Positions 44,988 through 64,000 of a stretch of 64,000 bases of DNA are shown one piece after another (within the stretch, counting starts at the first letter, position 1; every line of letters starts with the position of its first letter). Source of the stretch: the human T2T-CHM13v2.0 reference genome, Homo sapiens; assembly GCF_009914755.1 (NCBI RefSeq), contig NC_060936.1. One strand, written 5' to 3'. Both the position numbers and the translations under genes were made by a program. The notes under the pieces are model-generated. The model did not search any database and was not told the DNA's origin. It worked only from the letters and a program-made list of their open reading frames with translations.

Positions 44988-45137
44988 TGCACGGCCTCTT
45001 ATCTACTATGTATTCTCTTTTAGACCACGAACAATAAGGTCTTGTATTCATATTTAAAAACCAAGAAAAAGATTTCTTCTCACAGCAACTAGTGAAAGAT
45101 GAGGTGAGGCCTGAGCGAAGCCTGCGAGTCATCCTGC

Positions 45138-45996
45138 TGTCAGAGGCATGTGAACCAGAGCAACTCCATCTTGAATAGGAGCTGGGTAAATGAGGTTGAA
45201 ACCTACGGGTCTACATTCCCAGATGGTTAAGGCATTGTAAGTCACAGGATGAGACAGGAGGTCAGTACAAAATACAGGTCATAAAGACCTTGCTGATAAA
45301 ACAGGTTGCAGTAAAGAAGCCAGCCAAAACCTACCAAAACCAAAATGGACATGAGAGTGACCTCTGGTACTCCTCACTGCTACACTCCCACCAACACCAT
45401 GACAGTTTACAAACGCCATAACAACATCAGGAAGTTACCCTATATGTCAAAAAAAGGGAAGGCATAAATAAGCCACGCCTTATTTTTTTTTTTGAGACAG
45501 TCTCACTCTGATGCCCACGCTGGAGCGCAGTGGCGCGATCTCGGCTCACTGCAAGTTCCGCCTCCCAGGCTCACGCCGTTCTCCTGCCTCAGCCTCCCGA
45601 GTAGCTGGGGACTACAGGCGCCCGCCACCACGCCCGGCTAATCTTTTTTTGTATTTTTAGTAGAGACGGGGTTTCACCATGTTAGCCAGGATGGTCTCCA
45701 TCTCCTGACCTCGTGATCCGCCTGCCTCAGCCTCCCAAAGTGCTGGGATTACAGGCGTGAGCCACCGCGCCCAGCCAGCCACCCCTTATTTAGCATAGCA
45801 TCAAGAAATAACCATAAAATTGGGCAACCAGTCACCCTCGGGGCTGCTCTGTCTTTGGAGTAGCCATTCTTTTATTCCTTTACTTTCTTGATAAACTTGC
45901 TTTTGCTTTGCACTGTGGACTCGCCCTGAATTCTTTCTTGCGCGAGATCCAAAAACCCTCTCCGGGGGTTTGGATGGGGACCCCTTTCCTGTAACA
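45138..45996 (+). mobile_element. MER41 solo LTR (MER41A-type) with an AluY inserted (~45483-45776)
   Basis: TGTCAGAGGCATGTGAACCAGAGCAACTCCATCTTGAATAGG...CCCCTTTCCTGTAACA; 4-bp flanks CTGC/CCGC; Alu TSD AGCCAC(G/C)CCTTATTT. Confidence 0.88.
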
Positions 45997-46665
45997 CCGC
46001 TATACTGTCTGGGTTCAGGCATTGAAGTTATTGGACTGCAGAGGGCACTGCCTCATTCAGTTAAGATGAAAAGCGTCGCTAGAGATCTTCCTGAGACAGC
46101 CAGGGACTCTCATTCCCAGCAAAATGCCAATTACGGCAGATTTTAATGTGTGACCTTGACCTTCATCTATTACGGAAAGGTCTTCTAAAAAGTTTTGTGT
46201 GCTACATCTAAAAGATCCATCTAAAGGAAACAAACTTACAATGAAGCATTGTGTATTACAAGCCCCTTGTTCCTGGGGTCAGAGCTGCTGTTCTTCAGGT
46301 CTGGTCTTTTTTTTTTTTTGAGACAGGGTCTCACTTTGTCACCCAGGCAGAAGTGCAGTGGCACAATCTTGGGCTCAAATGATCCTCCCACCTCAGCCTC
46401 CCAAGTAGCTGGGACTATAGGTCCATACCACCACGCCCAGCTAATTTTTGTAGAGATGGGGTTTCACCATAGCATAGGGACACCATTCTTAGGCTGGTCT
46501 CAAATTCCTGAGCTCAAGCGATCCACCCTCCTCCGCCTCCCAAAGTACTAGGATTACAGACATGAGCCACTGTGTCTGGCGGTTCTGGTCTTCATATACC
46601 AGTGCTTTGAGGGCTGCTGCCAATGTAAACAAACAATTGTACAAAAAAAAAATATGTTGAATAAG

Positions 46666-47464
46666 TGTGGTATAATAAGAAATACATTTGGTCTTTGGGC
46701 CTGGTTCCTGTCACAGAGATCTTAAAATCCTTGGAATTTCCTGAGTGATAAGAGTGTCTTTTGTTATTCACAACAAGCCCCTGATGTTGCGTAACCATCA
46801 GTCACACCTGAACTTGTGCTACGTTAATGCATGACGTAAGGTGTGGCTCCTATTCCGGATGAAACTGCTCACGTAAAGACCAAGGGATAAGAGGACTGGA
46901 ACTATCAGCCCCACCCACTGACCTTCGGGAAGCAGGCTGGAGAGGGGGCTGGAAATAAAGCTCTATAAAAACTCATGAACAGTGGGTCTTGATGAGCTTC
47001 CGGGTTTATGGATTCGTGGGCTGCTTCCACCTGCTAGGAGGGTGGTGTACTCTAACTCAGGGACAGAAGCCCCTGTCTGTGCTCAGGACTCTTGCAGACC
47101 TCTTTACCTGGCTGTTCATCTTCCATAATCAACTGGTAAGTAATATGTTTTCCTGAATTCTGTGAGGCATTCTAGCAAATGATGGAACTCAAGGAGAAGG
47201 TCATGGGAACCCCCAAATTTATAGCTGGTCAGTCGGAAGTACCGGGACTTTCAACTGGCATCTGGGTGGGAGCAGTCTTGTGGGACTCAGCTCTAAACTT
47301 GTGGGATCTGACATTGACTGCAGGTAGATAGTGTCAGTATTGAGTTGGATTGTAGGACACCCAGCTGGTGTTGGAGAATAGGTCAGTGTGGGGAAAAAAA
47401 CTCGCACATCTGGTGTCAAAAGTGTTCTGTGTGAGGGTGTAAAGAAACAAGTGTATTTCTTACA
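46666..47464 (+). mobile_element. MER21 (MER21B-like) solo LTR
   Basis: TGTGGTATAATAAGAAATACATTTGGTCTT...CCTTGGAATTTCCTGAGTGATAAGAGTGTCTTTTGTTATTCA head; TCTGGTGTCAAAAGTGTT tail. Confidence 0.8.
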
Positions 47465-47758
47465 ATACATGCATTAAAAAACACATAAAATTAAAGGAAT
47501 CAGAATTCTTCAAAGTGGAGGGAAGAACATGTAGTTCCTAAATCGGGACACGAGAGGGCAACAAATAACCTCCAGAGTCTTGTCGTCGAACTGCTTTTCT
47601 TTCCAAGGGGTTTACACTTCCCGTTGGTTGCTAATATAGTTCATGTAGCAAGAATATTGAACTATGCCTGACAGGATGAAAGGCTCCTAATAACTAAGAC
47701 CTGTACTTCATTTATAGTCGGTTTCCTTCTCAATGCCAGGCACTGCGTTGAGTACTGA

Positions 47759-48139
<381 letters not shown>

Positions 48140-48255
48140 GAAACGAGGTTTCTCCATGTTGGTCAGGCTGGTGTCTTACTCTGACCTCAGGTGATCCGCC
48201 GGCCTCAGCCTCCCAAAGTGCTGGGATTATAGGCGTGAGCTACCGCGCCCGGCCT

Positions 48256-50975
<2,720 letters not shown>

Positions 50976-50976
50976 C

Positions 50977-52097
<1,121 letters not shown>

Positions 52098-54089
52098 CGT
52101 CCACTGACTTTTAAAAAGTTAATGCTATATAGACAGCTGCATATATATAGCTGCAGTGTTCAATCCTATGCAGATTTGGAGAGGGCGCCACACAGGAATT
52201 ATGGAGAAATCAGCGATTATGAACTTTAGTGCATCAGAATCATCAATGTATAACAAAATGAAGAATCTTCAGCTCTTTCTCTAAGGATTTCAATCTGGTG
52301 TGTCTGTGGTGGGGTAAGAATACGTACTTGGCGACCACCTTCAAGTGATTCTGATTCAGATGATCTCATTAAATGCAGGCTTTCTTACTTCATACCAGTA
52401 TTTCTCAAATTTGAGTATGTACCTGAATCCCCCGAGGGCATGATTGCCAGATAAACACAGGATGATCCGTTTACTGTGAATTTCAGATAAACAATATAAT
52501 TTTTTTAGTATGTGTCTCAAATACTGTAATATTTGGGCAAATAATCTAAGTAAAATTCAAATGTGCTTCCTCTCTAAGCATCATGAGTACTTTCAAATTA
52601 GGAGTTTAAATCTCCCTTGTGGCAGATATTTGTGATGATGATTTTGTCTTTTTAGGACATTTCAAAACATACAACCTCATCAAAGGATTTTCCTCTTCAT
52701 TACTGTTTCTCCTGTTAACTTTTTCTTAGTATCTCCATCCTCCTTCTGTGGTCACTTCTGAAACAAAAAGCTCCAGAGAAATGTTACAACTTATTTTTCA
52801 TACTTTTTCCTCTTTTCTTTGTTTCTCCTTTTATTTTCACACTTCTTGCTCCATTTCCTCTCTCTGCCTCTGCTCTCTCGTCTTTCCTTTGTAAGTCCCC
52901 AAGTTGCCCTGGACAAAATGAAATTTCTACCAGGGCTCCCCTCCTTCCTTTCTTCCTTTCTGTTTTCTTCTCTTTTTCCTTCCTTTCTGCTTTCTCCCTA
53001 AGCCATCCATGTCAAAATTAAAATCTGTAGGAACAAATTAGGGAGTCAGGGTACTGGGGACCAGCCTACATTATTGTGTTCCAGAAGGAGAATCTGTTCT
53101 GACAGTCCTTTTGCTAGAGCAAGTTCCAAGTCAGGAAGAAAAAAAAAAAAAAAAAAAAAAGCAGGTGACCTGGGAGAGCTTCAAGAAACAATTGCTTTGC
53201 CTGGGGATCTGTTGGGAGAGTGATGGATGGCACTGCAGTTAGGACTTGGAGAACTGCAGGAAAAGGAGGGGAGTCATTGCCAGGCAGCATGAGGGGAGGA
53301 GGTGTCTAGAAGAAACAGCCATTCAGGAAGAGCTTATGAAAGGGGTGGAGAATGCACTGCCTGTGTATGCTGCAAGACCTTTCTGCAGACATTGTGTCTT
53401 TGTGAGCTGACTGCAGAGGCCATGTGCATGTGAAATGTATGAGAATGTATGTGTTGCTTATTTCAGATCATGTATGAACCTGTATGAATTGCTGACTGCA
53501 AGAAACGGGAGTGGATTGTTGAAAAGATCTTGCAGCCAGAGTGCTTGTTTGTGGTTGTGTGGTATGTGTGGCTTTTTGCCAAATGCACTGTTCTGATTCC
53601 AGCTCTGAAAGTTTAGTGGAAGTCTGGCAGATTAAGCCAAGACACAACAAAGTCAGAATTTAGAAGAAAATATGGGGGCAACATGAGAGGGAAACAGAAG
53701 CTGTTACAATAAGAGACAAGAAAAGCGAGATTTAGGGAAAGGGGAATGAGAAAACAGAAGATAAATAATAGAAATTATTTTCTTAGAAAGGAAAATTTTA
53801 AAGAAGAGCAGAAAGAAAAACAACACATTCTTTCAGATATAGGCACTGCATACTTTTAGTTCTCCTGGTACTCCAGTGACATAGTTCTTAGTCTCCCCCA
53901 TTTCTTTCTGGATGGTTTATCTTGAAATAATGTATATTACAGGTATATTTTGGTTATACCAGAGGATTTTTAAACCTTAACAATTATTCAGAAATGAGCA
54001 TTACTGTTTTTATATAATTAAAAAAAACTTGTTGTTGTTAAAGGAGGGCTGTTGAGCATAATGAAAGTTTTGATCCAGGGATTAATTGA

Positions 54090-54455
<366 letters not shown>

Positions 54456-55963
54456 ATGCATGACGTATTTCAAAACAGGGATAATAAAATACACCTTATC
54501 TCCACATTCTAAAGATCTATGGTTATTACTTTATTAGCAAAATTTAACAGGGGCTACCTATACCTGGAATAAGATATTTAACTTAGTCATGAGATTTTCT
54601 TCTAGATTTGGTAAACACAAGGACAGCATAACTTTTAGACTGAATGTGGGCTGAAAAGAGACGTCCTCGTTGGGAGCAGCCTAGTTTTGCTTTGTTGCCA
54701 AAACATTGTAACTATATATTTTGACTTCAAACTGCAACCATTACAATCTCTCTTTCTCAGCATTTTGCTCAATTAATATTTTAAACCAAAATAATTAATA
54801 GAAATTATATTTCTAACACTACTTTGCTCTATTCATTAATCTGTCTTGTTTCATTCAGCCATATTTTCCTCCTGTACTTCCTACTCTTTTTTCCATCTGC
54901 CTCTCTTTGTTATTTCTTCCTCTCTGTCACGTTTCCCTGGATTTGATTAAAGTCTCCTTCACTTTTTCCTCACCTTTCTCTCTTTTATTGAAATCACTCC
55001 TTTTCAGGTTTGTCTTTCTCCCCAGTCCTTTCTCCGGTGTCTTTGTCTCCAGCAGAGAGGGTATGGTGGTGATGCGGAGGTGGGGAATGAGGCCTGGGAG
55101 AACGCAGGCTGGGTATAGGTAGGAGAAAATGGGGCTTCAGCTGTTTCTGCAATCAGCCTACAAAAGGCTGACTTAAAACCTGCCTCTGTAAATCCCCCCT
55201 CTTCTGCGCCCTCAAAGGGTCTCTCTACTTCCCCACCTTAAATTCCACCTCCCCCATCCCCATTTCTCTAGTGACATCACTCCTTACCAGCTGTGACTGT
55301 CAGGGACTCTGACCTACTTTTGGCCACTCTATTAGGCAATAAGCCATGTTTTCTCCACTAAACTCAGGATTTTCTGCTAAACCCTCTTTGTCCCAGCATG
55401 TCAGTGGGTCCCTTTTTAAACCTCAAAACATTTTACAGTTTCCTACAATACAGTCATTTTTTCATGCCTGAAGTTTGAGAAAAAGCATAATTGATAAAAA
55501 GATTCTATGACTGTAGAAAATCCATTTATGACTTAAATGGAGTTATACTTTATCAAAATAGAATCCATACATATTTGAAGAATCATGTATGTGTTAGTAA
55601 CAATTTTTTGTTGAATCTTTAGAGGTGATGCTCAGTTAATGGATTCTTGGGTCCTTTGTGGCAAATTATAATGTATGTACCATTATTTTTCACGTTAGTA
55701 AATGCTACTGAAGCATGAACCCAAACAGCAGGCATTGATATCTAAGTAAAACTTTACTAAGAAGTGGGGGGAAACTGCAGACAATCCTTTTTATAGTCTT
55801 CGGAGGGATTACAAACAGTGTTTGACAAAGCAGTTAAGAGCATGTACTTTGCTACTTGGATTCAAATCTTGGCTCTGCTATTTTGCTAGCTGAGTGACTT
55901 CGGACAAGTTACTTAACCTCACTGTGTCTCCGTTTGCTCATCTGTAAAAAGAAGATACTCCAG

Positions 55964-61315
<5,352 letters not shown>

Positions 61316-62689
61316 TGAATAACAACTTTTAAGGGCAAGTGGCAAGTGAGTTAATAGTCATACTTCCTATCCTCAGTTTCACCAGTACAACCCACTTTTT
61401 CTGGGGATGCGGTTACCACGAATTGGATTCCTTAAGAGTGGGACTGAAGGAATAGGTTAATTAAATATTATTATTGATCCTCTGTACATTTTTTTCCCTG
61501 TGTCAATTTCACTGTGTTTATTTTGTCAGATTTTCAGTGTTAGTATCTCTGTGCTCAAGCTTCCCTTGATCACAAAATGCTTCTCTTGGTCTTGGAGTTG
61601 AATATACTTTATGTCCCAGGGGGCTGAATATCAGAGTGGAAGTAAATAGCAACATTTTAGTTCTGTAGACCTTATCCCCTTTGTTCTCAAGATAGTGTAT
61701 CTATCTTATAGGGCGTTTGTTCCTCTAAATTTTGTAAACCAACTAGACGCCTATCCTAGGTTACTCTCACTGACCTAACATTATAATAGCACTAAACACT
61801 TTGAACAGCACTTGATCTGTGTCAGCTGTTAAATATTATATACTTATTAACTCATTTACTCCTTATGACAACTCCATGAAGTAGGTAACTATTTTTATCC
61901 TCACTTTTACAGCTCAGCAGATAAAGATACAGAGAGGTTAAGTTACTGCAGAGGTTCACATAGGGAGTGGAACCATAAATCCAATCCGGGCAGTCTGGAT
62001 CCAGAAGTTACCACCCTGGGTTATGCTACATCTTTTAAAGGACTCTCGAGACGCTGAAGGAAATTAGTCAAAAAATTTTTTAAAAGCAGAAAATGAAATT
62101 ATATTGTCAATTGACTGGGAGAGGAGCAGTGAAAAGTTGTTGGCTGAGGTCACTGAGACAGGGCTGAGACCAGCAAGAAGGCAAACTGGTGAGCACATTA
62201 CCGTACCTCACACCTGGTGTCTCTGGTGACTGAAGTTATTTGGAAGTGAATCTTCCATGTAAACCTGGGAGGTCGTCTGTAGCCCTTTTTTTTTTTCTCC
62301 TTAAGAAAATGTAATAGCGTAGTTGAACATTCATATTCTTAGCCTCCTTTGGGCTATACTTTTATTTTTTATACATAGTTTTAGAATTTACAAAATGCTC
62401 TTAAAATATCTCATTTCATTCTCACAACGACTCCGGACTGTACTCTTTTATCTTTTCACAACAAAGGCTCAGAGGAAGCGTAGCAACTAACTTGTCCAAG
62501 GTTTACGCCGGTTTCTAGGGGGCAGAGCTGGCGCTATCCACCCCGCCTGTATCTCCAAACCCGCTTCAGCCAGGAAATTTATCATGTGGTTTTAAATTTG
62601 CCTCTCAATATACAGAGGTACTGTCTTTACTCCAGTCCCGGATAAAGACCTTCTAGGTATGAATGATCTTTGTCTCCATATCTTTGCCT

Positions 62690-64000
62690 ACCGGAGGGAG
62701 GAACCACCGTAAGCGGAGACTCCGGGCGGCGGCCGGCGGAAGGGCTGGGCGGGAGGCGTCGGGATGCCGGCAGGACCCTGCGCCCGAGGGGGTAGGGGGC
62801 TCGTGTCGGGGTTCCAGGCGCAGATTGATGGGGCCTAAGCAGGGAATGTGAGGGCGGGGAGGGCGTACAACGGAAGGGACTAATCTCGCGGTTTCGAGTT
62901 GGGAGCAAACCTCGCCCCCCACCCCCCCCATCCGTTTCCCTTTCTCAGTGAAGACGGTTTGGGGGCGGGTGGGGAGGCGCGTCCTCGGAGCGCCCTCGCG
63001 CTCCCTTTTCGCTCCCCGCGCGCGATCCATCGCCTCTCTTCCCCCGAGGCCAGCGATGGCTCGGGTGCGGGCGAGGAGCTGGGAGGGCGGCTCTCGACGC
63101 AGGTGTCAGATCCGCTCGGCAGTGCTCGGCGCGCTGGCCCGGCCCCCAGCTCCTCCGGCCGCCGCCCCCCGCCCGCCGCGCCGCGGCGCCAGGAGGGCGG
63201 GGCCGGGGCGCGCGCCGCTCCTCAGCAAGCGGGCGGGCGGCGTTCGGTCTGAGGGAGCGGGGCGGTCTCCGCCGGCGTCGCGCGCGCTGTGTGTGAGCGG
63301 GGTCGCGCGCGCGCGCGGCAGGCGAGTGAGGGAACGAGGAGCGGCCGGGTGTGAGTGTGTGGGAGTGAGAGTGTGTGGGAGTGGGGTGAGGGAGAAGCTG
63401 ACGGGACGCGAGGCTGTGAGAAACTGGGCGAGTTTGCGAGGACGCCCGGCCAGCCTGCGGGAGCCGCAGTCGGCGGAGGAGAAAGGAGGCGGCTCCCGGT
63501 ATCCCGACCCCCTCCCCCTCCTCTCCTTCCCCCACTTCCAGCCGCCCGGCGGCCCGCGCTTCCTCGAAGGCCCCAGCCCGGCTCAGTCGGCCGAGAGCGA
63601 GGGAGGAGCCCCCCGACCCAGGTGAGCGGTACGACCGCTGTTGCCCTCGGGTGTAGAGCAGTGAGGCGAAGGCGCGCCCTCCCGAGTGGGCGAGTTCAGC
63701 GGAATGGATCCCCCGATTAGCGGGGGCTGGGCCGGGGAGGGGACCGGCCCGAGCGCGCCCGGGGTCCGGGGCTAGTTGAGGCCGGTGGTCGCCGCTCCGC
63801 GGAGTCGGTGGGGAGCGAGGCGGGGCCCGGCCTTCGCGCGTGTGCTGGGAGGCGCCGGCCCGTGGCGTGTGCGTGAGACCGGGCGAGCCGTGTCGAGGGG
63901 GCGGCGACTTCGGGCGTGTAAGGAGTATGGTTTCCCCGCCGGCGAGGGGGTGTGGTAACCCCGGGAACGCCGGCTGGAGTCGGACCCGCGGGCTGCTGAC
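62690..64000. promoter_or_regulatory. RIMKLB: CpG island promoter, most likely RIMKLB
   Basis: Abrupt switch to very high GC and CpG density with many GC boxes. The gene identity rests only on recalled synteny (MFAP5 and RIMKLB are divergently oriented neighbours); no coding exon is in the window. Confidence 0.8.
63330..63621 (+). other. RIMKLB: Probable non-coding first exon of RIMKLB (start approximate)
   Basis: Strong donor CCAG|GTGAGC at 63621/63622 inside the CpG island; no ATG seen in the exon. Confidence 0.65.

Noticed and set aside
62627-63958. Long Arg/Gly/Pro/Ala-rich ORFs (up to 225 aa) on both strands
   Set aside because: Expected stop-codon scarcity in a CpG island; no similarity to RimK/ATP-grasp or other known proteins.

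Overview
Alu-dense primate genomic DNA, human or great-ape-like. From recalled sequence and gene order (no database search was run) it is the chr12p13.31 interval containing MFAP5 and the 5' end of RIMKLB. Left to right: (1) the 3' part of a processed HADHA pseudogene (1-~3560), split by a full-length HERV-K(HML-2) solo LTR of LTR5B type with a perfect 6-bp target-site duplication (TSD); (2) the complete 10-exon MFAP5 (MAGP-2) gene on the minus strand (~11230-28149). I assembled its nine coding exons by hand into an intact 173-aa ORF with GT-AG boundaries; the ORF track misses almost all of it; (3) a repeat-packed intergenic zone (MLT1, MST, a near-complete THE1 MaLR element, MER41A, MER21, L1, many Alus) that hides a degraded, Alu-interrupted processed pseudogene of FAAP24 (~44090-44987); (4) a CpG island with a non-coding first exon, most likely RIMKLB (62700-64000). 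Almost all other ORFs in the track are Alu-, LTR- or low-complexity-derived. I found no new multi-gene system. The best leads are the FAAP24 retrocopy, a MER21 LTR built like an upstream germ-cell-type promoter for RIMKLB, a perfect 41-bp direct repeat bracketing MFAP5 exon 3, and a splice-junction-encoded RGD/RGV/RGA/RGE switch in MFAP5. Repeat coordinates are approximate and subfamily names come from recalled consensus sequences.
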